The notes: generated from the sequence alone by a model not told the origin. Counted from the first letter of the whole stretch, positions 35,202 through 46,864 are shown. The stretch is DNA of 63,334 bases, filler included, from Vannella sp. (GCA_023345925.1; 7 parts of 7 records of this genome joined end to end with filler, not necessarily neighbours in it); one strand, 5' to 3'. Made by a program: numbers and translations.

Positions 35202-36694
35202 ATGGTTGAAGGCGGGTGGGAGGAACAGCGGATGGTGGCTCAAGCCTGGGAGCATCTGGAGGGCTCAGAGAAGGCAAGCTTGCAAGACGAGATGAATGAG
35301 ATCGATTTAGAGCGTGTAGCAAGCATTGTGAAGCGCTGTACCACTCAGCCTGAAGAGGGAACGGGTGCAGTGCAGTTTAGCCCCCTTCCTACCATCCGTA
35401 GGGTCTCCCATCGCGAAGAATACGAGAAATGGGAAACTCAAGGACTGAAAGCTATCGGACAGGGTCAAGTGGCGGTTGTCCTTCTCGCTGGAGGCCAAGG
35501 TTCTCGCTTGGGCTACGAACACCCCAAAGGGATGTTCTCGTTCGGCCTCCCATCCGGCAAGTCTCTCTTCCAATTGCAAGCAGAACGCATCCAGAACCTT
35601 CGTCAGCGCTCTCAGACACAAGGCAGCCCTCAACCTCAGCTTCCTTGGTACATTATGACGTCAGACGCTACGTACGAGGAGACAGTCGCCTTCTTTGAAG
35701 AGAAGGAGCTCTTTGGGCTACCTAGAGAGGATGTGAAGTTCTTCAAGCAGAGTAAACTGCCCGCTACCACACCAGACGGCCAGATTTTGATGGAATCTCC
35801 TTCAGCGGTGAGTATCGCAACCCCTAGAGCCTTCTCTAGCATGTTTCTAAGTTCTATCGGAGATCTTTCAAGCTCCAGATGGTAATGGAGGCATCTATGC
35901 GGCTCTGGCGAAGTCAGGATACTTGGAAGACATGCAAACTCGCGGAATCTCGACCATTTACGTGTACGGAGTGGACAATGCGCTTGTGAGAGTGGCAGAT
36001 CCTGTTTTTGTGGGGAGTTTCCTCGAGAGTAATTGTCCTTGTGGGGCCAAGGTAGTTCCCAAGTCCGGACCACAAGAGAGAGGTGAGTTTGACTTTTCTC
36101 TCTCTGCCCTTTTCTCTTCATTCTTTCCCTCGTTTGTGGCTTACATGGGTAGTGGGAATCTTGTGTCGTAAGAATGGAGTGGTGGAGGTGATTGAGTACA
36201 GCGAGATAAGCTCTGAGATGGCTCACCAACGCAATGAGGACGGTCAATTGACTTACAACGCCGGGAACATCGCCACTCATATCTTCACCTTATCCTGTCT
36301 CCAAGAGATCTCCAAGAGGGCGGAAGAAATGCCCTACCATCTGGCCAAGAAAGAAGTGACTGCCTATGACCCACAAACCAAACAATCCGTGAGCATTTGG
36401 GCTTACAAGTACGAGCAGTTCATCTTTGATGCGTTCCAACTAGTTTCAGATGTATTTGCATTAGAAGTGGTTCGCTCAGAAGAATTCACCGCCATCAAGA
36501 ACAAGTCAGGAAGTGACAGTCCCCAAACTGCCTTGGCTGATGTTTCTGCTTTCCACCGCCTACTTTTGGAGCAAGCAGGGGCCAAAATTGAAGGTGATGG
36601 GCTATGTGAGATCTCTCCTCTGGTTTCATACGCTGGTGAGAACCTTGAACGCGTTTCCGGACAACTTTTCGTTTCTCCACTTCATATGGAGTAG
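35202..36694 (+). CDS. UAP1: UDP-N-acetylglucosamine pyrophosphorylase (2 introns)
   Basis: LLAGGQGSRLGYEHPKG, PWYIMTS, APDGNGG, VDNALV, VIEYSE, KYEQFIFDAF and EISPLVSYAGE. Confidence 0.95.
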
Positions 36695-37013
36695 AGATCT
36701 GCTATAAGCCGCTTAAACGCATTCCTGAGATCGTTTTAGTGAATAGGGAGTAGACCTCACTCGTGACTTTTCTCGTGGTTCATGGGGCGGTGAATTCTCT
36801 CGTTGTCCCCTCATGTCCACCCTGCGATAGTGAGTAGTCCCCTGCCAAGGACGGCGCCCTTCAGTCACAATCCGAGGTGTGTTTGAGAGTTCTTGAAAGA
36901 GAACCGGCTGGCTCATCAGCAAGCATAGCACGAATCTCCCCTTGAGCTCCTTGCAGCCTCCTTCTCCCTTTTGTTTAGGTCTGCTTAGCGAACAACAAGT
37001 TGAAGAACCATCA

Positions 37014-37113
37014 NNNNNNNNNNNNNNNNNNNNNNNNNNNNNNNNNNNNNNNNNNNNTTAATTAATTAANNNNNNNNNNNNNNNNNNNNNNNNNNNNNNN
37101 NNNNNNNNNNNNN
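37014..37113. other. Artificial contig linker
   Basis: N44-TTAATTAATTAA-N44. Confidence 0.98.
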
Positions 37114-37504
37114 AAGATTTGGGAGATTGAAGAAGTCAGGCAGAGTTCCAGAGAGGCTATTGCCCGATAAGGCCCTGTCGAGGGTCAGTTGGGGATGAAA
37201 AGGGGGTGAGCTGCTTCTCTTACAGTTGAATCAGCTGAGGAAAGAAGAGATCAGGGACAGTGCCAACAAGGTTGTTGTTCTCAAGTCTGATTTGGGCTAC
37301 AGTGTTACCCGACGCATCACAGATGATCCCGAACCAGGCGAGAGGACCACAAGGGTCTCCGTTGTTCCAATTTAGCTGGTTAGTCCAACGCGTCCCGTCG
37401 GTGGCATTGTAAAGGCCAATAAGAGAGTTTGTCTGCGCAAGGGGAAGAGCACACAGCAACAGAAAGGGGAAGGCCAGCAGGACGAGGATCCCCGCAGTCT
37501 TCAT
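37114..37504 (-). CDS. Secreted or receptor-like LRR protein, 5' part; paralog of 26915-27200; truncated by the gap
   Basis: Signal peptide, LIGLYNATDGTRW...DPCGPLAWFGIIC...LENNNLVGTVP, an intron, then LSGNSLSGTLPDFFNLPNL. Confidence 0.85.
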
Positions 37505-37572
37505 CGCCGCAAAGAATGATCAGGATCGATGGGCGAAGGCGGTTGTGATTGGCTAAACATCGAGATTAAAGT

Positions 37573-37603
37573 CCCGATTCGGAACCCATTCCCCGATTCG
37601 GAA
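37573..37603. promoter_or_regulatory. Duplicated palindromic motif CCCGATTCGGAA in a divergent promoter
   Basis: Two exact 12-nt copies (37573-37584, 37592-37603), each with a CCGA-N-TCGG dyad, between the LRR and RPAP2 starts. Confidence 0.4.
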
Positions 37604-37697
37604 TTTAAAGGCAGCGATTTGAAAACTTACTTAATAAACTTTTTATTAATAAAGATATGAAATTCTGATTATTACTTAACTCCACGTACTGCAGCGC

Positions 37698-39041
37698 ATG
37701 TCAGGGAGGCAAACAGTGTTGGAGGACATCTTCGCTGCGCAAGGAGTGTTGATCCGATCGTCTTCCATCCCCCAAGCAGTGTGGAGTCTCTGCGCCTGCT
37801 ATCTAAGTCCGAAGGAATACCAGGAAGTGGTAGAAGAGCGAGATGTCTTGCTCAAGTGTGGGAACTGTTTCTGTAGCGAAAGGATCGAATCAGAAGAGGA
37901 GAGACAAACACGGATTCTCACACGCAAGGGAATAGAAGCGCCTCAGTTCCGTGGCCCGAACAATCCTTCTCTTTTCGCTCCTTCAGCGACACGACCGGAA
38001 GAGTTGTGGACCCTCACGAGCAAAGAACGAACAAGATCTTCTCAGAGACTCAGCTTCTGCTCAGAAAAGTGCTTCGTCGACTCTGCACTCCTTGCCAGAC
38101 AGTTGAATACCTCATCGCCCGTGTATAGGGCGTTCCCTTCTACTCCCTTCGTCGACCTCTACAAGGAATGCCTCAATCAGTTGAAGAAGGAGGCTCTCAT
38201 CCTCCCTAAAGAGACGTCAAACGCTCTTGATCAGAGAGAACTGCACAGAGTCCGTTTGGAGATCTATTCGACCTCTGGATCTCAGCCCTCCTCCATCTCC
38301 CCGTCCTCTGTGAGTGGTATCATCGAGAAAGAAGAGGCTGAAGCTCCTTCAGAAGACTTCAGGGACACATCTGCTCCGTTTCCTGGCCACCTTTCTGAAG
38401 GGGAATCTCCCTTTGCTCATTTGTTGCCCTCCCTCTCCAAAGGCACCAAGACGGTTCTTGCTCCCTTTATCCAGTTTTACGAAGTACTCATGAAAATGGT
38501 GAACCCACACGCCCGCCTGTTTGTCCTTGTGGGGTCCCGCCTTCGAGTTACTGAGTTCTCCAACGAAAGAGTTTTTCCTCCCATTGACTCCGAACCTCAG
38601 CGACTGAACGCCCTACGGCAGTCTATTGAAAGGCAGTGCGTAGAACTTCTCTTTGTGGATAGCCTATCTGACCCATCTGACAGGTTCCACTCTCTAAGAC
38701 TAACAATTGATCTTCCCCGTTCGGCTTTGTCTTGGATTCTTGAGCTGGTTGGTCTCCTCTCCTTTCCCGTGTCCATTCCCTCCTCCAAGAAAGATTCTCT
38801 TCTCTTCCTCTTGGTGTTCCTGCAGCTGTAAGTGCCTCCAATGGCCCAGTGCATAAGTGACTTATTGTGGGACAGTGCCAGCCGAACACAAGAGAAGGTC
38901 AAAGAAAAGCTGGATGCCAATATGACCCTGTTCAAGCGCCAGGTCCGGATTGAGTGTAAAACCCGCCCTTCCAGTTTTGAGATTCTCTTGGCCCTGTTTG
39001 ACCCTCTTCCTGAGGAGGAGGAGGTTGTCCTGCAAGTGTAG
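37698..39041 (+). CDS. RPAP2: RNA polymerase II CTD phosphatase RPAP2/Rtr1 homolog (spliced)
   Basis: LSPKEYQEVVEERDVLLKCGNCFC...FCSEKCFVDS matches the Rtr1/RPAP2 zinc-finger signature. Confidence 0.85.
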
Positions 39042-39092
39042 ACGATATAAAGCATATGACTCATGTGAATGGAAAGGGAGGTCTCTTGTCGC

Positions 39093-39569
39093 CTAGTCCT
39101 CAAGGTTGATGCTGTTTTTGAACTTGGCGTAAAGAACAACCTTCAACTCGGAGAGGTCTTTCTTGATGGAGGCGATCTGGCTCTCGATGGAAGCGCAGTC
39201 CGCTGTCAGTTCCTCATTGAGCTTCTCTACTCGTTCAATGGTCTCGTCTTTGGACAACAACATGATAGCCTCGCCAATCATGAGAGGCGCGGTCTCTGCC
39301 TCACTCTCGTACAAGGCTAACACGGCGTCTTCTAAGGTTTCAACTTGCTCCTAAGAACTCCTGTCAGCAACAGGCAAAGCAGGTGGGGAGATCGCACTTT
39401 CTTTGAAGCCAGCTCGGCCTCCAGCTCGCGGAGGGCAGAGGTTTGGCCAGAGAACCGATTGATGCGATCTTGGTCCTGCTTATTGACGTCTACTTGCACC
39501 TCTTCGTGACGGGCAAGCTACGTTCTCATGAGACCAAAGATCAGACCAAGTCACCAGACCACCCACCAT
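39093..39569 (-). CDS. PFDN4: Prefoldin subunit 4 (first coding exon is the ATG only; 2 introns)
   Basis: VNKQDQDRINRFS...LEDA...IGEA...LKVVLYAKFKNSINLED*. Confidence 0.93.
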
Positions 39570-39634
39570 AATGTAGCGATCAAAAAATAATTGCCAACAG
39601 ATTATTTAATAAAGAACTATTCATTAGAGCCTTC

Positions 39635-40711
39635 ATGGCGCAGCCTGGCGAAGCAGTCCAGCCAAGGCCGGTCTTTATCCTTTGTTGTTTGGGTTGTAGG
39701 AAAGTTGTTGGAAGCTCGGCGGGCTTTCAACAGTGTGACAGCACGTTTGGTGGAGGATTCATGCCCACGAATGAACTTCAAAACCTGTCCACAGTTCCTC
39801 TCACTCTCGTCCACGGATGTTTGCAAGGCGTGGTTGTCTGCCCTTGCGGAGCTGAACTGGCTTACGAATACGTCAGCACACCCCTTGAGCTATCTTATCT
39901 TCGGTAGGATAGAATCCAGACGTTTACGACACCTGTGTCTCACCAAGCTTGTAGAAAGCTCCATTGGTTCAAGTGGGACGCCATTTCCGTCTATGTGGTT
40001 GGGAGAGGAACCAGTTCTGGTAGAGAGCAGATAGCAGAGCTGTTTGAGAGCTTCCAAAACGCACTTAAGGATGAGATAACTCGCCTGGAGAACGCAGTCT
40101 CGGCCGCTCAGGCTGAATTAGTCGAGTTCGATCATCGCCTTCTCTCCTTCCGACATCCTCCCCCACAGAGGAAGCAGCCTTTACTCAAAAGACAACGGAC
40201 GGACCACACCCCCTCCCCATTGACAAGTCTAGAGAGCCTAGCTTCCCTCGATCTCCCTCTGCCTGAGTCTGTTGACGAGCTCTACGGGTTGGAGGAGGAT
40301 GGCGAGGAGGACAGTCAGTCCTCTCACAACCCGCACAACGAAGAGGACGAGGAAGGCGACGAACTGGACCTCTCTCTATACGGCTCCTCGGAGAGTGGAG
40401 TTTGGGGAGACGGATGGAAGCTCTCCTTGGAATGGGTCAAGAAGCACCCTCCCGTTCGGGTCCCCAATAAGCGCAACTGCTTGGTGTGCAAGACCAGGTG
40501 TGTGATGACTTGCGGAGTTTGCAAGGTGCATTTGCACACTCGCAGCGGGTGCTACGCTCAGTATCATCTGAACCCTGCCAAGTATGCAACAGGCAAGAGC
40601 AGGAAAGGGCACATCTGCAAAGGATGTGGGAGGCCACGAAAGGGACATCCCGGCAAAACGGGACCAATTCATTGTCAGTTCCTGCAGCCAGAGGCCCAGA
40701 ATCCTACGTAG
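39635..40711 (+). CDS. Mis18 (Yippee-Mis18 domain) protein with a C-terminal piggyBac-type cysteine-rich zinc finger and zinc knuckle; intron 39904-39954; 341 aa
   Basis: VFILCCLGCRKVVGSS...VCPCGAELAYEYVSTPLELSYLRKLHWFKWDAISVYVVG (Mis18 signature), helical segment, acidic linker, HPPVRVPNKRNCLVCKTRCVMTCGVCKVHLHTRSGCYAQYH and CKGCGRPRKGH. Confidence 0.78.
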
Positions 40712-40752
40712 GATAAAGAGAACAGAGTATATGTGTGTGCGTGTGTCCCAGT

Positions 40753-41766
40753 CTAGCAGATAGCGCATCCCCCAGTTGGAGCGGCTCCTGCAGCAACGTG
40801 GGACGTTGATGTTGGACTGCTCATTTCGCTCACTCTCTCCGTGGCAATCTCTGAGCAGAGCTGGAGCACTTGGTCCACATTAAGCAGCCTGCCATCAAGT
40901 CAGTACAGGATCAGAGACCAACTTTCTGTGACAATCTCACCCGTCACGGTCCGTGTCAATCACTTCAAACCGGCTCTTAATCATGGACAGTTCCGCTATC
41001 ATGTGCATGAACTGTACAAAGTCCAAGCTATTGCCCTTTTGGTACTTGTTAAAGTAGCGTTGGTAGACTGCTGGGGAGACCATGAACCCGGCCTGCTGCA
41101 TGGCGAGGCTGACCTCTATCCTTATCATGAGAGACGGCATTTTCTTGTGCTGGCTTTACAATACCGTTCAGTTCTAAGGCGCCATTGCCGTCTCGATCGG
41201 ACAATTGGAAAGCAGTGTTCAGTTTGGACATGAATGAATGGAGAGCTGCATACTCCATGAAGTCTGACAAGCGAATGAGTAGTGTGGAAACCACTTGCAG
41301 TGTGCTTTACTCACCGATCGTCCCGCTGCCATCAATATCAAAGAGACGAATGAGTTGTGAAGCAGCTGCGAAGCCCAGAACGCGTCCAGAGAAGGGACCA
41401 GTACCTGGCATAGTCATTTGGCTAAGCTCTCGTTGATCAATGGTTCCACTTCGGTCCAAATCAACAGAGTTGAACCACGACTGCAGATGCTGCAGCTCAC
41501 CTTGGCTCAATGTGTGATAGTACTGAGAATACTAGTTCATATGAGTATAGGTATAGCCCAGTCAAGCACATCGAACACTCACCCAATGTGTAGCAGGAGC
41601 AGGAGTACTCGTCAGATACCCCGGAGCCTGCGCTGGACTCTCTACTCCACCATCAGCCACCACACCACCTGACACACCTCCCCTTCATCCACCTACGAGG
41701 AATATTACTCAAGTATGCAGGCATACCCGATCCCCCAGCCAAGTACTGATGTGAAGGGTAGGACAT
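40753..41766 (-). CDS. Penta-EF-hand (ALG-2/peflin-like) Ca2+-binding protein (several introns)
   Basis: Gly/Pro/Tyr-rich N-terminus, then EF loops DLDRSGTIDQRE, DIDGSGTI, DRDGNGALELNE-like, KGNSLDFVQF and DTDRDG. Confidence 0.85.
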
Positions 41767-41855
41767 GTCCCCTCGACCTCTCCTTCGGCCCACAAAAAAA
41801 TGAATAAAAATGAAGAAAAGTTGTTTTGAACTCATTATTTGGGGGCGCGGGGCGG

Positions 41856-43270
41856 ATGGCTTTCTTCTGTGAGAAGGAGACGGTCTTGCGGAGCTTCCGT
41901 GATGGGCTGGACATTTACTACCAGCAGAGCAAGTACGAGATAGGAGATAGCATTCGTACTGCTTCACCGCGTGGAGAAGGAAAGCTTCCGTACAGCAGGA
42001 GTTTGGAGCAGTACTCCACCCTTTTAGCGGGGGAGAAGGGTACACCAGACGGTGGGGCTCTAAAGGGCAACAGTAAACAGGCCAATAATGGGCAGAACGC
42101 TCAATGTCAAGTGATTGCCTTTGATTCGTCCAAGTTCAACCCTGTTTGTCTTCTCCTCTCCCCTTTCCTCTCCCCTGACCCTCCTTTGGCAGGCCTTTAC
42201 CTTTGCTAAGGTCCCCATTGTCGTAGTCCCAGATGATGTGGTCTCGGAACTCTCAAAGAACATTGTCCGAGTCAAGTTCATCCAGTTCAAGGTGTATTTC
42301 CCAAAGAAATGCACTCCCTTCTTCGTTACTGTGAGCCAGCCAGAGTCTGCCACGGTCCAAGATGTGATGCAACAAGCGCTCTCTCAGTTTAATGAAACAT
42401 GTAAGAAGGTAACAGCTTTATGCGCGCTGTCTCACTGGATTTACAGCCGCTTCGCCGCTCAACCCTGACATTAACAGTCACAAGTTCTACATGGCAGATG
42501 ACGACGGCTCTCCAGAAGAGTTTGGTGTGCTTGGAGCTGGCGTGAGTGCATATGGGTACCCTCTTCCTGTGTCCTAATGGCCAAACTAGCAAGTGGCCTC
42601 GCGGATGGGCAAGGAATTCACTCTCGTGCCCCAACGAGAGTCAACGCAGGCAACGTCTTCCGATAGAGCACCATTGGTCATTTACCTTCCCGGGAAAGAG
42701 AAGGCCACGGTCCCCTACTTGGGCACCATGAAGGTAGCCGAACTCATCCGCAAAGTGTGTGACCGCCGAAACATGAATCCAGCCGAGTACCACCTCGAAA
42801 CAGGCGCCCAGAACATCCTTTCTTCTGAGTTCCTTGTCCAAGATCTCAGCCCGGACGAAGTCCTCGAGCTGTGCCCTAATCTTGTCGAAGGAGCCGAAGA
42901 AGACGTCCAAGAGATCTCCAGCTACCACGAGACCTTCAAGTACAAAGTGTTCGAGGTTCTGTACCGCCGTAAGAACTTCTCCCTGGGTATTGACGGCGAA
43001 CACATCCAAATCTTCAAGAAGAGAACCGGTTTCACTCGCGAGAAGAAAGTGAGTTTCTCCAAGTCACTTTCTTCGCTCTTGGCTAACAGACCGGAACAGG
43101 AACTGTATCCTTTCTCTGACCTCCGTTCGGTAGTAGAAGGAAAGGGGAGCAAGGCATTCACCTTCACCTGGGCCGACGGCCGCCAAGACCTCTTCGAATC
43201 CTCCCAACGGAAAGAGATTCTTAGTAAGGTCGAGGGTATCCAACAGCGCAAGAGGGATACGTTCTTTTGA
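41856..43270 (+). CDS. MAPKAP1: TORC2 subunit SIN1/Avo1/RIP3 homolog (CRIM-RBD-PH; spliced)
   Basis: CRIM-like KVYFP...ATVQDVMQQAL...MADDDG, RBD-like KVAELIRKVCDRRNMNPAEY, and SIN1-PH-like YKVFEV...LGIDGEHI...FESSQRKEILSKV. Confidence 0.8.
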
Positions 43271-43338
43271 TTGTGTACTCCTGCACCTTTTATATATGCT
43301 CGGTTTAGCCTCATTTCCTGGCGGGTGGGCCCAACACC

Positions 43339-44958
43339 ATGGCGGATGGGAATCAGCGTAGCTCTATGCCGACTAAGCCGCGCACCCGTAGCATCTTACA
43401 GTGGCTGAGGTCTCCCAGTATGGTAGAATAGTCTTGGTGTTGGAGTGCTGACGCTTGGTAGATGAGGCTTTGGAGGTAGCGTCCGCCCCGCCCACCAGCT
43501 CTATTCTGGTTCGTACGAGGAAGCGCAAGGCGCAGAAGAAGAAGCTCCATCTCTCTGGTTGTATCAGAGGTATGATGGTATGCTTATGGGACAACGTGTC
43601 AGGTCCTCGTACCGAGCAAGTGTGGGAATCAACAACTTCGCACATCTCTGTCGATATGTTGAACTACATCTGCCGCTATACACTTGGTAGCGAGGTTTCC
43701 TTCTCTCTGAACTCACACGAAGAGTCAGAGGATCCCCCTATCGCTAAGTTCCACGTCCTTCCACAATACGGTACGACTCTCTTGTCTACTCCTTCCCCTC
43801 TCACGCAGGAGCCTCGCAGATCTCCTGGTTAGTGCAGTAGTCTTTACGGGAAAGTACTACAACAACTCTCTGGTCAGCGAATCCTTCACCAAGTGGGGAA
43901 TCTGCGTAATCGTGGATCGATGCCAGCTGCAACGATACATGCAGCTGCATCGTGTTTACGAAGAGAACCTGATACAGCTGGGTTCTATACTTCAGAGACA
44001 ACTCAATAGCGTGCGTTTAGGCTTCTGAGCTGCTATTTACCGGGAGGCTGACCACATTCCTCAACAGAAGTTCCCCAGTGATGCTATTGAAGCCATGAAC
44101 GATCGAATCATGTCGTTTATAAGCCACATGAGTGTCGTTACAAACAATGAGAGTCCTCTATGGCACTTCTCTTCGACCTATCTCACAGATCAGAAGCTGC
44201 CTTTCCCTCGGGAGTTCCTCAGCAGGGCCATTACCTCCCATCTGCAAACCCACGGGAGCTCTGTAGTGATAGGATCCCCTGAGGAAGCGGACAAGATCAA
44301 TATGATGATCAACACGTTGCTTCTCCTCCTTCCAACGAAAGAGCGCGCTCTTTGTTCACATGTGCGCAATGACAACCAATATGTGACCGATCTGTTGATC
44401 CAGGGGTTAACCTGTGACTTTGACAAGACAAGCGCCATGCACTCGCTGCGACCTACGACAGTAATCGATCTCACACAACGTTCTGTGGTCCAACTGAGCG
44501 TGCGCCAGCATGTCAAGGCACGGGAGATGTTCAAAAAGTATGAGATAGACCTTGTAGAACAGCCCAAGCCCCTGCCAGATCTCTTAAAAGAAGAATCTCT
44601 CTACAAGGCGGTCAAAGAGCCGTCCCCTTTCGTCACTGCCTTACTGCAAGAGCTCCTTCACATCCCTGAGACGTTCCGTGTCTCCTACGTACAGAACTTC
44701 CGTAACCAACTGGAGAAGAAGGCCCTCGTACTCATCCGTTGCGTTGCCAGCGTTGCAGACGAAAGGCGTCGGTCCAACATCCCCGCTGCAGTGCTCAAGC
44801 GGATCCGCGTCGACGTCCTCCGCACTTCAAGTGACGCTGACTTTGCCCTTCTTCTTGCTGTAGCCGAGCGCATCTCCCCAGGAGTTGGAGTCAGCATCTT
44901 TGGTGTCGCTCAAGATGACCTGGAAAAGCGCTTTAATGACTTGTGGGGCATTAATTAA
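43339..44958 (+). CDS. C9orf72: C9orf72 homolog (DENN-like GAP/GEF complex subunit; spliced)
   Basis: WDNVSGPRTEQVW, YTLGSE, KFHVL, LHRV, FLSRAITSHLQTHGSSVVIG, LLIQGL and PTTVIDL correspond to conserved C9orf72 blocks (WDNILGP, SHLQTCGCSVVVG, PTTHID). Confidence 0.9.
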
Positions 44959-45061
44959 CATGATCTGCATAAATCAAGTCGAATGTAATGGGAAGGGAAG
45001 TGAGGGAGTACAAGTTTGCGGGAGAGGCTGAAAGTTTCCTTTTTTCCCCTTCCCTTGCTCG

Positions 45062-46864
45062 ATGGCTGACGCTACTGAGAAGATCTCTGTTACTCCCGAT
45101 GTTGCTGTGAGTGATGCTCCGGCGTCTGAGCCCGCCAAAGACCCTGCAACAACAACTGCTCCTCCTGCTTTCCAGGCGGCGGCGTTGTATGTGGGCGATC
45201 TCTCGCGCGTGGTGACGGAGAGTATGCTGTTCGAGCTCTTCAAGCAAGCTGGAAGTATAGCTTCTATTCGCGTGTGCCGTGATTCCGTTACCAACGAGTC
45301 CCTTGGTTATGCTTACGTCAACTTCGTGAACCGCGCGGAAGGTGCGTACGATCCCTTCACTATCTCATTCCTTGTCCTCTTCTCATCCTCTCTAAGCTGA
45401 ACATGCCATGAACACCCTTAATTACGTTGATCTGGAAGGCCGCCCTATTCGCATCCAATGGTCCCAACGGGACCCTTCTTACAGACGCTCGGCCATCGGA
45501 AACACTTTCATTAAGAACCTCGCTCTTGACATTGAGGCTGCCAGCCTTCTTGATCTGTTTGGCCCCTTTGGAAAGATCTCTTCGTGCAAGGTCCAACTCG
45601 ATTCCGATGGACAGTCCCTCGGGTATGGTTTCATTCAGTTCGAGAGTGACGAGGTCGCCAAGCGTGCGATTGAGTCCATGAATGGCAAGCTCCTGAACAA
45701 CAAGATGATGTGAGTGCCTTCTCCTACCTCCCACTGGGCATGTGATAACGTATGATCAGCTTCATCGGTCCTTTCATCCCCAAGCGCCAACGACAGGCCG
45801 TGAATAGTTCCCAGATCTTCACAAACCTCTACGCGAATGGATTCCCTGCGACCACAAACGAAGAGTCACTCCTTGAACTCTTCAAGCCTTTCGGAACGAT
45901 CACCAGTGCAAAGCTGGTGGAGAACCAGGGGCGCCCCTTTGGTTTTGTGAACTACCAAGCACACGAGGAGGCGGTGAAGGCGATAGAAGAGATGAATGGC
46001 CACAAAATTGGGGATAAGGTCCTGTTCGTCACCCGACAGCAATCAAGACAGGAGCGCCAGGAGTTCCTCAGGAAGAAACGCCAAGAACTGCACGAGCTGA
46101 CAAAGGGTCGCAACCTCTACATGAGAGACCTGCCCCCCACTGTTACCGATGAGGATCTTTTCCGAGCCTTCGAGCGCTTTGGAACGATCACTTCGGCCAA
46201 GGTGATGCGCGATGCGGATGGCATCTCCAAGAAGTTTGGTTTTGTCTGCTTCTCTGAGAAGGAAGCTGCCGCAGAGGCGCAAAGAACCGTCACCAAGATC
46301 GATTCTCCCGCTGACAATTCAAAGGAGGTTCCCATCTTTGTCGCATTCGCTCAGAGAAGGGAAGAACGCCAAAAGTTCCTATCAGCCATGGGATCCCGTG
46401 GCCGTCCCTCTCAGCAGCCCTACCCTGGCTTGCCATTCCCAGGTCCCTTTGGCGCACAACAAGCCTACCCAATGTCATATGGTTACCCTGGTGCGCCCGT
46501 GAACATGGGAATGCGGCAAATGGGCAATGAGTTTGCTCCTCACCAAAACCAAAACCAGCGTGGCTTCCGTGGACATCCCCGCGGTGGAAACAGGAACACT
46601 GGTCCAGACAGGATGAATATGGGCCAGCACTTCCCCGTCCCGACTGCCCCTCCCACCATGAAGGACGCTCACTCCTTCCTGGCCCAGGCTCTCCGCAAAG
46701 AGCACCCCGAGCAAGCGAACAACATCGCCTCCTTCATTTGTGGCTCCTTCTCGGAACAAGGCCCCACTGCTGCCATCCAGTCTCTCCAAAACCCTCTCGC
46801 CTTCCAAGCGAAGGTCCACGAAGCATTGGAAGCCCTCGCAAAGCAAGCCCAAGCCCAAGCCTAA
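45062..46864 (+). CDS. PABPC: Cytoplasmic poly(A)-binding protein (4 RRMs, divergent MLLE domain; 2 introns)
   Basis: LYVGDL...SIRVCRD...[32 protein letters not shown] and KFGFVCF. Confidence 0.92.

Noticed and set aside
41856..46864. SIN1-C9orf72-PABP as a TOR-signalling gene cluster
   Set aside because: Housekeeping neighbours in a compact genome with no evidence of co-regulation.
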